A DNA stretch of 64,000 nt from an uncultured Gammaproteobacteria bacterium (GCA_964536975.1 CAZHYS010000001.1:34329-98328); one strand, 5' to 3'. Positions 1-10,751 are shown, numbered from the stretch's first letter. A program made the numbers and translations. The notes: generated by a model from the letters alone, not told the origin.

Positions 1-40
1 CTTGGGAAAAGCGGGCTCAAGATATTTTAAATTTGCTCAA

Positions 41-2908
41 ATGATCAAAAAATATTTTTATTCTTTGCGGAGGATATTTTATCGCTTGCCGTTGGCTTGG
101 CGTTTTGTTTTGGTCGCAGCCGTTTTGGCGGTTTTCTTAGTTTTTAGCCAGTTTTCTTTAGTTTTGGTTCGTGACGGAAAAATGGCTGCCATCAGGACGC
201 CGCTGGGACGGGCGCTTTTGACGCCCTATCACGCCGTAAAGAAGATTCCGGATCTTTGGTATGTTTTTTATTTTTTCAAGCATAGCGACTTGCCGGTCTA
301 CGAGCTGACAATAGATTCCAAAGATTTGAAGTTTTTAAATGAAAATTTGCCGGAAGCTTACGCCGAAGGCAGCCGGCTCACCGAAGAATACCGCCAGCCG
401 GTATCGGCGGTTTTCAGCTATCAGGGCAAGGAGTACAAAGTGAAAGTCAATTATCGCGGTTATGTCGGCAATCATTGGGCCAATCCCAAAAAATCCTGGG
501 ACATTGATTTTAAGAAAGGCAATTCCTTCAATGGTTTGGACGGCCTCAAATTGATTATCCCGGAAGATCGGGGAATTGTTTTGGAATATCTCAATCATTA
601 TCGGGCGAAGAAAATGGGGCTTTATCCGCTTCAGAGTTATTTTGCGGTATTAAAGGTGAACGGCCGCAACAATGGCGTTTATTTTGTCAATGAGCCTTGG
701 GATAAGGAATATTTGGCGAAGTATGAATTGTTGGATGAAACTGACATGTTTGCTTATGATGACAATTGGGAAAGAACGGATCGGGAGTTTGATTCTTTTG
801 AACAATTGGCGCTCTACGAAAAGCAAGCTGACAATCCTTTTGATCCATTTTCCAGTTTTTCGCCGCTGGACAAATTTTTTGATTTGGTTAATAACCGGCC
901 GGCGGATGTCTTTGCCAAAGAAATAGTAAAAATCGTGGATCTTGACAGTTTTTTGAATTGGCAAGCGATGCACATTTTGGGCAACAGCCCGCACAATGTT
1001 TATCGGAATATCAGATTTTTTGTTAATCGCGAGACCGGCAAACTGGTTTTTGTCCCCTGGGATGTCAATATCGTTGACCCGGATTCCGGACTGGAAAAAG
1101 TTACCAGTGATTTTTACGGCAAAATGATGCTGGTTGATGACTTCGCCTTTAAGCGGAATAAGATTTTATGGAATTATGTCAGCGCTGAAAATAATTTGGC
1201 CGATGATTTGAAATATTATGACGAGGCTTTTAAAGAGATTAAGCCGGCTCTCGCTCGGGATCGGCTGAAAGTGGAAAGCACCTGGTGGTTTTTTCGGAGT
1301 TATCGCGAAATCAGAGAACAGCTAATCGCTAATTTTGAAAATGTTAAAAATATTTTGAGCGATGCCCGGGCGGCGGCGGTTGTGTATTGGCAAAACGGCG
1401 CGCCGGTTTATTTTGATGTTGCCAATGACAAGGCGCCGGAAATTTCGTTAAAAACGGTGGCGCTGGAAGGCGTTAACCAGCCGATTAGTTTCGAAATTTA
1501 CGCCGACACCAACAGCGACGGCCTCTTTGACGCCGGTGATAAGATGTTGAAGGCTTCCGCTATAACCGAAGATAATAAATCCGCTGTTGAGCTGGCCGAT
1601 CAGATTATAAGCGCCAAGAGAACAATCAACCAATCCAATCAAGCGGGAGTTTGGGACACGATTGCTTATTCGCCAGGCAGCCGCCGATTTTTTATCAAAA
1701 TAAAAGATGCCGGTGAAATCAAAGATTTGAAGATAGAGCTGGCCAACGCGCTGTCCGGCGCCAAGGTTGAGCCGAAGGTTCAAAATATCAACAATGACAG
1801 CTATCAATATCTCTCTCTGATTGATCAGTCAGTGGCTGATTTTATCAGTCAGAATTATTCTTTTCAAAAAACCGGCGAGAATGAGCTACTGCTGCCCGCC
1901 GGCAATTATGTTTTTATCAGGGATGTAATCATTCCTCAAAAGACGAGGCTTACCATTGCCGCCGGCGCCAAAATTAATTTGGGTTCGGGCGTGTCTATCA
2001 TCAGCTACAGCCCGGTGAAAATTGCCGGCCGGCCGGAATCGCCGGTAATTTTTGACGCGATTGATCCGGATGCCCCTTGGGGAAGCTTCGGCATCAGCGA
2101 GGCGCCGCAAGAAAGCGAGATCAATTACGCGATTTTTAAGAATGGCCGTGACGACCACATCAATGGCGTTTATTACAGCGGCATGGTATCAATTTATCTT
2201 TCGGACGTGGTGGTTGTCGGCTGCCAATTTTCCGGCGCCAACGCCGACGATGCCATTAATTTTAAAAAGAGCAAAGTGCGTGTCGTCAAGTCAGTCTTTT
2301 CCGACAACAGCGCCGACGCGATTGATTTTGATTACATCAAAGACGGGTCGGTTTCGGAAAGCGAATTTTTTAGAAACGGCAATGATGCCATTGATTTGAG
2401 CGGCTCATCCGTGCGGATAGAAAATAATTATATTGAAAAATCCGGCGATAAATGCATCAGCATCGGCGAACAATCCATTGGTCCGGTTATTTATAATAAT
2501 ATTTTAAACGGTTGCAACATCGGCATTGAAGTTAAAGACGGTTCGGAAGTTTTCGCCAGCAATAACGTCATTGTAAATAATAGCATCGGCATCAACGGTT
2601 ATCGCAAAAAAGCGATTTTCCCTAATGGTTTTATTCAAGTTTACAACACCATCGTTTGGGGTAACAAGGAGTTGACCAAGGCCGACGATACCATTGCTAT
2701 TGATTTTTTTAATTCCGATTTGAGCCAAACCGATGGCCAAAATGGCAATTTTAGCGCTGAACCGCCTTTTGGCAACCCAAGCCGGAAAGACTTTACAATT
2801 AGGGCCGAAAATGGTAATATTTTATTTGCCAGCGGCGGCGAAGTTTCTATTCTTAAAGAAAAATTAGGCCTAGAGCAGAACCAAGCCCCGGTCGGTTTAA
2901 ACAGGTAA
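41..2908 (+). CDS. CotH-family kinase domain protein with N-terminal membrane anchor and C-terminal right-handed beta-helix
   Basis: CotH-like motifs (KVNYRG, KKSW, GVY..NEP, HN.R, PWDVN) and a C-terminal parallel beta-helix (DDAINF, DAIDFD, DAIDLS, DKCISIGE). First ATG is at 41; the ORF is open to the window edge. Confidence 0.8.
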   Translation: MIKKYFYSLRRIFYRLPLAWRFVLVAAVLAVFLVFSQFSLVLVRDGKMAAIRTPLGRALLTPYHAVKKIPDLWYVFYFFKHSDLPVYELTIDSKDLKFLNENLPEAYAEGSRLTEEYRQPVSAVFSYQGKEYKVKVNYRGYVGNHWANPKKSWDIDFKKGNSFNGLDGLKLIIPEDRGIVLEYLNHYRAKKMGLYPLQSYFAVLKVNGRNNGVYFVNEPWDKEYLAKYELLDETDMFAYDDNWERTDREFDSFEQLALYEKQADNPFDPFSSFSPLDKFFDLVNNRPADVFAKEIVKIVDLDSFLNWQAMHILGNSPHNVYRNIRFFVNRETGKLVFVPWDVNIVDPDSGLEKVTSDFYGKMMLVDDFAFKRNKILWNYVSAENNLADDLKYYDEAFKEIKPALARDRLKVESTWWFFRSYREIREQLIANFENVKNILSDARAAAVVYWQNGAPVYFDVANDKAPEISLKTVALEGVNQPISFEIYADTNSDGLFDAGDKMLKASAITEDNKSAVELADQIISAKRTINQSNQAGVWDTIAYSPGSRRFFIKIKDAGEIKDLKIELANALSGAKVEPKVQNINNDSYQYLSLIDQSVADFISQNYSFQKTGENELLLPAGNYVFIRDVIIPQKTRLTIAAGAKINLGSGVSIISYSPVKIAGRPESPVIFDAIDPDAPWGSFGISEAPQESEINYAIFKNGRDDHINGVYYSGMVSIYLSDVVVVGCQFSGANADDAINFKKSKVRVVKSVFSDNSADAIDFDYIKDGSVSESEFFRNGNDAIDLSGSSVRIENNYIEKSGDKCISIGEQSIGPVIYNNILNGCNIGIEVKDGSEVFASNNVIVNNSIGINGYRKKAIFPNGFIQVYNTIVWGNKELTKADDTIAIDFFNSDLSQTDGQNGNFSAEPPFGNPSRKDFTIRAENGNILFASGGEVSILKEKLGLEQNQAPVGLNR

Positions 2909-2911
2909 TTT

Positions 2912-3664
2912 ATGGCTAAACCCACCCTTCATTTTCAGCGTTACGAATTTAAATATTTTTTGCCCAAAAGCAAGGCCGACAAGATTATTCCCGCTCTTCT
3001 TAGCTATATGGAATGGGATCCCTACATCAAGGGCTCGGGTAGGGATTATTATCCGGTTTTGTCGCTTTATTTTGACAGTCCGGATTTTGGCTGTTTTTGG
3101 GACAAAGAAAGCGGCATTGCTGACAGGAAAAAGCTGCGTTTTCGTTTTTATCAGCAGGAGGTCGAAGGAGCCCCGATTTTTTTGGAGATAAAAAGGAAAA
3201 AAGACGCTTTGATAATCAAGGATCGGATAAAAATAGAGCCGGCTGATTGTGATGGGAATAAACTGGATGATAAATTAAGAACGCTTTTTTCGGCGGATCC
3301 GGACAATGATTTTTTGCGGGAGCTTATTTGGTTCAAGCGGCGCAATGTCCTGCGGCCAAAGATTTTTGTTTCTTATAACCGTAAAGCGCTGGTGGGCAAG
3401 ATAGACAAAAAGTTTCGCGTTACCTTTGATTATGATATCAAAGCGGCCGTTTCCAAGAGCATAAATTACGACGGCCGTTTGCGGGAAATTTATCCTGATG
3501 GCGTAGTATTGGAAGTGAAGTATAATAATGTTTTGCCTTTTTGGTTTCAGGAAATTATTCAGAAGTACCAGCTGGAGCGTTTGGCTTTTTCCAAATATTG
3601 CAATGCGGTGCGGCGCTTAGTGCCGGACTTTGATGATAATAATTATTCTCTAAAATTAAAATAA
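2912..3664 (+). CDS. VTC (polyphosphate polymerase) domain protein
   Basis: RYEFKY, SLYFD, KLRFR, FLEIK, RVTFD, LEVKY and FSKY motifs. Confidence 0.9.
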   Translation: MAKPTLHFQRYEFKYFLPKSKADKIIPALLSYMEWDPYIKGSGRDYYPVLSLYFDSPDFGCFWDKESGIADRKKLRFRFYQQEVEGAPIFLEIKRKKDALIIKDRIKIEPADCDGNKLDDKLRTLFSADPDNDFLRELIWFKRRNVLRPKIFVSYNRKALVGKIDKKFRVTFDYDIKAAVSKSINYDGRLREIYPDGVVLEVKYNNVLPFWFQEIIQKYQLERLAFSKYCNAVRRLVPDFDDNNYSLKLK

Positions 3665-3676
3665 ATACCTAAAACT

Positions 3677-4363
3677 ATGATCTCCGATCTATTTAATCTG
3701 TCTTTTGGATCGCACACCCTAAATTGGCAGGCCATTATCGGCAGCATTGTTTTGTCATTCGTTCTTTCTTTGATCGTTGCCATCGCCTACAAGAATACCC
3801 ATCGGGGCCTTTCTTATTCGCAGTCTTTTACCACGGCGTTGATTTTCATCGGTACCTTGGTGGCGATTATAATTATGGTTATCGGCAATAGCTTGGCTGC
3901 CGCTTTTGGCGCTTTCGGCGTGTTTTCCATGGTTCGTTTTCGGACGGCGATCAAAGATACTAAGGATGTTGTTTTTATTTTACTGGTGGTCGCGATCGGC
4001 CTGGCGGTCGGAACAATGAATTATTTTATTGCCATTGTCGCCACGCTATTTTCCATCGGCGCGATTTATGCCTTATCCAGGCTGAATTTTGGTTCAATTA
4101 GAAAGTATGATTTTGTCTTGACTTTTACCGCCGAAGTCAGTAATTTTTCCAATGATAAAATGCGGGAAGTTTTTAATCAGTATCTTAAGAGTGATAATTT
4201 GTTGAATGTGACCGCCAAAGAAGGCGGACGGTTTATTGATTACGGCTTCAATGTCAAATTCATCAAGACTGACGAGATGCAAAAATTTGTTGCCGCCTTA
4301 AGTCAAATTCCGGGTGTGAGCGACTTGGAGGTGATTAGCGCCAAAAATGATATTGAATATTAA
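3677..4363 (+). CDS. DUF4956 family membrane protein
   Basis: YSQSF, IGNSLAAAFG..S.VRFRTAIKD motif, several TM helices; usual neighbour of VTC/CotH genes. Confidence 0.9.
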   Translation: MISDLFNLSFGSHTLNWQAIIGSIVLSFVLSLIVAIAYKNTHRGLSYSQSFTTALIFIGTLVAIIIMVIGNSLAAAFGAFGVFSMVRFRTAIKDTKDVVFILLVVAIGLAVGTMNYFIAIVATLFSIGAIYALSRLNFGSIRKYDFVLTFTAEVSNFSNDKMREVFNQYLKSDNLLNVTAKEGGRFIDYGFNVKFIKTDEMQKFVAALSQIPGVSDLEVISAKNDIEY

Positions 4364-4364
4364 A

Positions 4365-6296
4365 ATGGCTTTTTTGAAAAATATATATTTCCGGTTGGTC
4401 TCTCTTTTTTTCCGTCTTGGCGCCCATAAGCGTCTGCCCGTTTTGCTTTATCATTCAATTGCTGATGACGGCGGCCGTCTTTCTATGAGCGCGGCGGAAT
4501 TTGAGAAGCAGCTGGCTTGGCTCAAGGCAAACGGCTATCAGTCCGTCTTGCCGGATCAAGTGGATGGATTTTTGCAGTCCAAAAAAATTCCCGCTCGTCG
4601 AGTGGTGATTTCTTTTGATGACGGCTTCAAGGATAATTATCACACGGCCTTGCCCCTTTTGGAAAAATACGGGTTTAGAGCCGCTTTTTTTATCGCCGCC
4701 AAATTCGTCGGCGGCAAAGCGGATTATTGCCGGGATTCTCTTGACCGAAACAGGCCGATGATGAGCGCGGAAGAAATAAAGGATTTAAAAGCGCGCGGAC
4801 ATTTTGTCGGCAATCATTTCTATTCCCATCGCAATTTAAGCGAGCTGGCTGCCGCGGAAGTTGCCGCCGAATTTGAAGCGGGGGAGAATTTTTTATCAAA
4901 CTTATTATCAGCCGGAGAAGCGGCCAAGTTTGTCGCTTATCCGCGCAATCGCCTTAATGATACGGTGCTGGCAGTAATGAAAGAGCGGGGGGTGAGGCTC
5001 GCTTTCGCCGGCCAGCCGGGGCTGGTAGACAAAAATTCCTCGTCTCTGATGTTGCCCAGGATTGAACCTGGATCCGGTAAGCCATTGGCTGTTTTCAAAG
5101 CCGAGTTGGCCCCAGGCCATTATTGGTTGAAAAATATTTTTAATTTTTTCAGGAAAAATTTCGGCCGGGGCGGGTTTTATTTTTTTTCTATTCTGGTTTT
5201 TCTTAGAATTATATTTTTGTTTATTTCCTTGGCCGGTTGGCCGGCCGGAACCGGCTTAGCCGATTCGTGGTGGACGACCTATGGCGGCGATGAACTGGGC
5301 TATTATAATTCCGCCGCCGCCCTTTTGCGGGGGGAATTCTTGCCCAAAGCGCATCCCTTGGGTTACCCTCTTTTTTTGGCGCCCTTCATAAAATTTTTCA
5401 ATTTCGATTCCTTCCTGGCGCTTTCTTCCTTCAATGTGTTTTTTGGCGGAGTCATTTTGTCTGTTTTGGCTGCCGGCCTGGTTTACTTATTGGGTTTAAG
5501 GATTTTGAAAAATAAATTTTCAGCTTATTTGCTTTCCCTGTTATTCTGTATTTATCCTTATTTTTTCTTTTTTATCTTCAAGGTGTTTTCCGGCCACGAC
5601 GCGGTTATGAACCAATTTGTCAGCAGTCGTTTCGGCCAGTTGATGTTTTATTTCGTCGCCTCTGACCCTTGGTCTCTTATTTTAATGTTGATTTCTCTGC
5701 TTTGGTTCCTGGATATCTTTAAAAATAAGAAAGAAGCGGGAAATTTCGGCCTGGGGTTTGTTTCTTCCTGGGCGGCGATTTCCAGGATTCAAAACGCCGC
5801 TATTTTGCCTTTATATTTTTTATTTTTTATTCTTGCCAAAAGGTATCGATCCGCGGCCGTATTTTTTGCCGGTTCTTTGCCGCTATTGTTTTTTCAAGCC
5901 TGGGCGAACCTGGCCGGACAGGGGTCATTATGGAGCACCGTCTACGGCCTCAAAAAGGGCTCTGATTTGTCAATCCCAATGATTAGTTGGTTTTATCCCC
6001 TAAGAGTGATAAAATACCCCTTAGACCATGGGCCGCTCCTGTTGGTAATTTTAGTGGTTTTTTTAGCTCTGATTTTTTTGGGCGGTCGCCGGTTGATAAA
6101 AAGAGACCGTTTATCCGGGTGGATTATTATTGCTTATCTTTTATCTAATTCCATTCCCTTATTGCTTTTGGAGCCGACCATGAGGAACCCCCGTTATTTT
6201 TTACCGGTGATTCCGGTGGTTTTTCTTCTGTTGTTTGTCGGTTTGGAAAATTTATCAATATTTTTAAAAGAAAAAATATGGCTGACAAAAAAATAA
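4365..6296 (+). CDS. Polysaccharide deacetylase (NodB/CE4) fused to a multi-TM GT-C-like glycosyltransferase
   Basis: N-terminal LLYHSI, ISFDDG, GNH.YSH, AYP, LPRI; C-terminal ~390 aa hydrophobic with GGDE..Y, PLGYP and RYFLP. Confidence 0.75.
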   Translation: MAFLKNIYFRLVSLFFRLGAHKRLPVLLYHSIADDGGRLSMSAAEFEKQLAWLKANGYQSVLPDQVDGFLQSKKIPARRVVISFDDGFKDNYHTALPLLEKYGFRAAFFIAAKFVGGKADYCRDSLDRNRPMMSAEEIKDLKARGHFVGNHFYSHRNLSELAAAEVAAEFEAGENFLSNLLSAGEAAKFVAYPRNRLNDTVLAVMKERGVRLAFAGQPGLVDKNSSSLMLPRIEPGSGKPLAVFKAELAPGHYWLKNIFNFFRKNFGRGGFYFFSILVFLRIIFLFISLAGWPAGTGLADSWWTTYGGDELGYYNSAAALLRGEFLPKAHPLGYPLFLAPFIKFFNFDSFLALSSFNVFFGGVILSVLAAGLVYLLGLRILKNKFSAYLLSLLFCIYPYFFFFIFKVFSGHDAVMNQFVSSRFGQLMFYFVASDPWSLILMLISLLWFLDIFKNKKEAGNFGLGFVSSWAAISRIQNAAILPLYFLFFILAKRYRSAAVFFAGSLPLLFFQAWANLAGQGSLWSTVYGLKKGSDLSIPMISWFYPLRVIKYPLDHGPLLLVILVVFLALIFLGGRRLIKRDRLSGWIIIAYLLSNSIPLLLLEPTMRNPRYFLPVIPVVFLLLFVGLENLSIFLKEKIWLTKK

Positions 6297-7162
6297 AATT
6301 CAGTGTCATTATTCCGGTTTTTAATGAGAGTGAGATAATCGGCCGCGTCATTGGCGAGCTGGGTTCTTTTTTGGAGAGTAATTATTCGGGGGATTACGAA
6401 ATTATCGCCGTCAACGACGGTTCGCGCGACGAATCATTGATGGTCTTGGAAAAGATAACTGCCTCTAATTTTTATTTTTTGAACAACATCTACAATAAAG
6501 GCTATGGCTCGTCCTTGAAGCGGGGCGCCAAGGAGGCGAGGGGTGAATGGCTGGTTTTTTATGACGGTGACGGCCAGCACACTCCCTTGGAATTGAAAAA
6601 ATTGCTTGATAATCTTGATAACTGCGATATGGCCGTCGGGGCGCGGAAGAAATACAATGGCCCGAAGTGGCGTCAGCCGGGAAAAAGGTTTATCTCCGCT
6701 TTGTCCAACTATTTGGTGAAATTCAAAATCCCGGATATTAATTCCGGCTTGCGGGTTGTCCGTAAGGAATGTTTTGACCGTTTTTCCCATCTTTATCCCA
6801 AAGGATTTTCTTTGAGCACGACCATCACCCTGGCCTTTCTGAAAGAGGGTTATACGGTTAAATATATTCCTGTTAATGTTGAAAGCCGGGTGGGGAAGAG
6901 TTCGGTGAAAATCGCCGACGGGTTTAATACGGTCAACTTAATCGTCAAATTGATAATGCTTTTTGCCCCATTAAGGATTTTTTTTCCCGCTTTTGTCGTT
7001 GTTTTTATCCTGTGCCTGGTCTCTTTATTTGTTGATTTGTTTGTTTACAGCTTTAATTTGAGCGAAAGCACGCTCATTCTTTTACTTAGCTCGATTTTGT
7101 TTTTATTTCTAGGTTTGATCGCCGATCAAATCGCCTCGCTCCGGCGGGAAATTAAGTCATAA
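6278..7162 (+). CDS. GT2 glycosyltransferase (DPM synthase-like)
   Basis: SVIIPVFNE, VNDGSRD, DGDGQH, two C-terminal TM helices. Confidence 0.9.
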   Translation: MADKKIKFSVIIPVFNESEIIGRVIGELGSFLESNYSGDYEIIAVNDGSRDESLMVLEKITASNFYFLNNIYNKGYGSSLKRGAKEARGEWLVFYDGDGQHTPLELKKLLDNLDNCDMAVGARKKYNGPKWRQPGKRFISALSNYLVKFKIPDINSGLRVVRKECFDRFSHLYPKGFSLSTTITLAFLKEGYTVKYIPVNVESRVGKSSVKIADGFNTVNLIVKLIMLFAPLRIFFPAFVVVFILCLVSLFVDLFVYSFNLSESTLILLLSSILFLFLGLIADQIASLRREIKS

Positions 7163-7189
7163 CCGTCGCAGAAAGAATAAATTTAGCTT

Positions 7190-8911
7190 ATGAAAATTTT
7201 AGGCATTCACAATGGTCATGACGCCGGCGCCGCCCTGATTGAAGACGGCCGAGTTTTGGCGGCGGTCAACGAAGAGCGGATGAACCGGAAAAAGATGTAT
7301 TGGGGCGATCCGGTCTTGGCGATTGAAGAAGTTTTGCGGATTTCCAAAGTTAATCCGAAAGATATTGATTTTGTCGCTGTTTCCGGCATTACCAAGGGGG
7401 GCGGAATCAGCCCTGAGTTTGATCGAGTCAAGCCGATTAAAAAACTCGCCGACTATCTTTCTTTCATTCCATTTTTTAGAGGCCACTTGATAAAAAATAT
7501 TTATTGCTTTATTTTTTCCCGCCTAAGGAATGAAAAAAGCTTAACGGTGATAATCAGGGAAAAAATAAATTCTTCAGCGCCGTTGGAGTTTATTGAACAT
7601 CATGAGAGCCATGCCGCCGGAGCTTATTATTTTTCTCAATTCGGCGATAAACCGGAAGAAGATATTTTGATCGTTACGGTTGATTCGGCCGGCGACGGAT
7701 TATGTGCCACCATTTCGGTCGTGGAAAACGGACTAGTCAAGAGAAAAAATGAAACGGTTTTTTTCCATTCTCCGGGAGCGATTTATTCTTATGTCACGCA
7801 TAATCTTGGCTTCAAATATGGCCGGCATGAGGGGAAGATAACCGGCTTGGCCGCTTATGGCGATTCGGCTAAAACAGTCGGCATTTTCAGGAATATCTTA
7901 TCAGTGGATAAGGAAAAATTGGAATTTCGTTCGCGATTGGGGTGCTGGGGGAGACCCGGAGCGAGACGGCTCCATCTTTTGATGCAAGCGAAGAAGCGGG
8001 AAGATATCGCGGCCGGCGTTCAGAAAATAATTGAAGAGGTGACGGCCGATTTGGTTGAGGCGGCGGCCAATCGTTATAATAAAAAATTTGTTTGCTTAGC
8101 CGGCGGATTATTCGCCAATGTCAAGCTCAATCAGCGGATTTTGGAAATACCGAAAGTGAAAGATATTTATATCCATCAAAATATGGGCGATGGCGGCCAG
8201 GCGTTGGGCGCGGCTGTTTCCCTTTATGCCAAAAATAAAAATGGAATAAAACCGCTGGCCCTGAGCCATGTATATTTGGGCTCTGATTATGGCGACAGCG
8301 CGATCGTTGAGGCGCTTCAGGCCAGCAGTTTGGTTTTCAAAAAAGCGGATGACATTCATCGTCAAGTAGCGGAATTGCTAGCGGCGGGAAAAATTGTTGC
8401 CCGTTTTGCCGGCGCGATGGAGTATGGCCCGCGAGCGCTGGGCCATCGCAGCATTCTTTATCAAACCAGCGACAAGACAGTCAATGATTGGCTTAATAAG
8501 AAGTTAAAGAGAACGGAGTTTATGCCCTTCGCCCCGATTATTTTAAGAGAACGGGCAAATGAATATTTTGAAAATTTTGATCAGGACTGCTCCCACGCCG
8601 CCGATTTTATGACCGTCACTTATAATGTTTCCAAACAATGCGACGCTGATTCCCCGGCTATTACCCATATTGATAAAACCGCCCGGCCGCAAACCGTTGA
8701 TGCTGAAAATAATCATGATTCTTATCGCATCCTGGAAGAATATGAAAGGTTGACGGGCAAGCCGATACTTATCAATACCAGTTTTAACATGCACGAGGAG
8801 CCGATTGTCCGGACGCCGTCAGAGGCGATAGAAGCTTTTAGGGCAAGCGGATTGGATGTCTTGGCCATTGGCGACTATTTGGTTCTCGCCGCTGAAAATA
8901 AAATAAAATAA
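7190..8911 (+). CDS. Carbamoyltransferase, NodU/CmcH family
   Basis: HDAGAA..EER, HHESHA, EGKITGLAAYG, AGGLFANVKLN, EYGPRALGHRS, INTSFN.HEEPIV. Confidence 0.95.
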   Translation: MKILGIHNGHDAGAALIEDGRVLAAVNEERMNRKKMYWGDPVLAIEEVLRISKVNPKDIDFVAVSGITKGGGISPEFDRVKPIKKLADYLSFIPFFRGHLIKNIYCFIFSRLRNEKSLTVIIREKINSSAPLEFIEHHESHAAGAYYFSQFGDKPEEDILIVTVDSAGDGLCATISVVENGLVKRKNETVFFHSPGAIYSYVTHNLGFKYGRHEGKITGLAAYGDSAKTVGIFRNILSVDKEKLEFRSRLGCWGRPGARRLHLLMQAKKREDIAAGVQKIIEEVTADLVEAAANRYNKKFVCLAGGLFANVKLNQRILEIPKVKDIYIHQNMGDGGQALGAAVSLYAKNKNGIKPLALSHVYLGSDYGDSAIVEALQASSLVFKKADDIHRQVAELLAAGKIVARFAGAMEYGPRALGHRSILYQTSDKTVNDWLNKKLKRTEFMPFAPIILRERANEYFENFDQDCSHAADFMTVTYNVSKQCDADSPAITHIDKTARPQTVDAENNHDSYRILEEYERLTGKPILINTSFNMHEEPIVRTPSEAIEAFRASGLDVLAIGDYLVLAAENKIK

Positions 8912-9855
8912 TGGCTGGAAATTACAAAAAAATATTTTCTCAATTTTTTTCTTATTCCTTGGCGATTATTATTTTTTTAATCCTAGTCAGGATTGTTTGG
9001 CATGATTGGCAAGAGATAACCAACTATAGTTTTATCTTCAATCCATTTAATTTACTTTTTGCTTTAATTTTTGGAATACTCAATGTCTACGCCTTGGCCG
9101 CGCTGTGGCGTTACCTTTTTGGGATCGTTGAAAAGGGGACTGTCTTGAGCGGTTGGGCCGGTTTTCGTATTTTTTTCTATGCTTGGTTTTCCCGTTATTT
9201 ACCCGGCCGGTTCTGGGCTCCGCTAAGCAAAATTTATATCGGCGCCAAAGAGGGTGTAGGCAAAAAATCGCTTGGCCTTGCTTCTGTTTTGGAGCTTTTG
9301 CTCTCCACGGCCAGCCAATTTATCTTGGTCTGGATTATTCTGGTTTTTATTTTCCGCGATCGCTTTCCGATTTTTTATTATACCATCGCCTTCGTCGCCG
9401 GCATGATAGCGATGATTTTTCTGCTTCATCCTCGCGTCCTGTCCTCAATTATCAATTTCGGGTTGAAAAAAATAAAGAAGAATCAGATTGACGTAAAGAA
9501 TTTTCCCGGCTATGGCGGATTAGTCAAGGTGACGGCATTATATTTTCTGCCGAACTTTTTTGTGGCCCTGTCTTTTGTTTTTTTGGCTCGGTCATTTTAT
9601 GATTTTACTTTTTCCCAGTCTATTTTTATGGTTGCTTCTTTTATTTTGGCTAATTTTTTGTCAAAGGTGGCTTTTTTTGTGCCGGTCGGCATCGGAGTCA
9701 GGGAGGGGCTTCTGGTCGCCATCCTGCAATTTTTTCTTCCGCTTTCCCTGGCGACGATGGTTTCCCTTTTATCTCGGGTTTGGTTTATTGCCCTTGATTG
9801 CCTGATTCTTGGCGGTGTTTTCTTGGCAGATAGATATTTTGTTGTTAAAAAATAA
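8911..9855 (+). CDS. Lysylphosphatidylglycerol synthase TM-domain (flippase-like) membrane protein
   Basis: RYLPG and PVGIGVREG motifs, about 8 TM helices. Confidence 0.8.
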   Translation: MAGNYKKIFSQFFSYSLAIIIFLILVRIVWHDWQEITNYSFIFNPFNLLFALIFGILNVYALAALWRYLFGIVEKGTVLSGWAGFRIFFYAWFSRYLPGRFWAPLSKIYIGAKEGVGKKSLGLASVLELLLSTASQFILVWIILVFIFRDRFPIFYYTIAFVAGMIAMIFLLHPRVLSSIINFGLKKIKKNQIDVKNFPGYGGLVKVTALYFLPNFFVALSFVFLARSFYDFTFSQSIFMVASFILANFLSKVAFFVPVGIGVREGLLVAILQFFLPLSLATMVSLLSRVWFIALDCLILGGVFLADRYFVVKK

Positions 9856-9863
9856 TTTTAAAT

Positions 9864-10751
9864 ATGGCCTATCTATTGAAAATATTTTTTAAAAAAGGGC
9901 TCAAGGAGCCGGGCAAGATTGTCGCCAACCTGAAGAATGTTTACCGTAATTTTTTTGTTGGCACGATGGTTGTTTCCTATCCCAAAACCGGCCGAACCTG
10001 GTTCCGGGTAATGCTGGGGAAATTTTTGGCGGACACCTACGCGCTTGATTCTGGTTTGCTGCTAAAAACTTATGAGCTTTCCCGAGCCGCCAAATTAGCG
10101 CCGATTAATTTTTCCCACGGCGGACGGTTTAATTTGATGGATGGCGGAGATTGGAAAAAGCTGCGGTTTAATCGGCGGTTATACCGGAATAAAAAAGTGA
10201 TTTTTATTATCCGCGATATCAGGGATACGCTGGTCTCTTCCTTTTTTCAAGAGAGCAAGCGCAACAAGGTATACGGCGGCGATATTAAGGATTTCTTGCG
10301 GGATGATAATTTGGGCATCAAAAAAATCATTTCTTTTTACCGCCTTTGGTTCAAGAATCAAAATCAGCCGAAAGCGTTTCTGCTTTTGCGATACGAGGAG
10401 ATGAGAAAAAATCCGGCTCTATCTCTCCGCCAGGCGGCGGAATTCATCGGTGTCGGCAATATCAGCGAAGAGAATATCGCGGCGGCGGTTGATTTTGCTT
10501 CTTTTGAAAATATGAAAAAAATGGAATCCCAGAGCGAGTTCAATGACAGTATGCTAAAGACCGGCCAGAGCGGTGACAGTGAAGCGTCCAAGGTGAGAAA
10601 AGGGAAAATCGGCGGTTTCAAAGAATATTTGGATGAAGACGACTTGCGTTTTATTGACGAGGCCTTAAGAGAACAGGCGGCGGAGGATTGCGATTGGTAT
10701 TTTTATCAAGAAAATAATCACGATGAATCAAATGGAACAGACAAATTATAA
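9864..10751 (+). CDS. PAPS-dependent sulfotransferase
   Basis: 5'-PSB SYPKTGRTW, 3'-PB RDIRDTLVS, LRYEE, RKGKIG. Confidence 0.92.
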   Translation: MAYLLKIFFKKGLKEPGKIVANLKNVYRNFFVGTMVVSYPKTGRTWFRVMLGKFLADTYALDSGLLLKTYELSRAAKLAPINFSHGGRFNLMDGGDWKKLRFNRRLYRNKKVIFIIRDIRDTLVSSFFQESKRNKVYGGDIKDFLRDDNLGIKKIISFYRLWFKNQNQPKAFLLLRYEEMRKNPALSLRQAAEFIGVGNISEENIAAAVDFASFENMKKMESQSEFNDSMLKTGQSGDSEASKVRKGKIGGFKEYLDEDDLRFIDEALREQAAEDCDWYFYQENNHDESNGTDKL

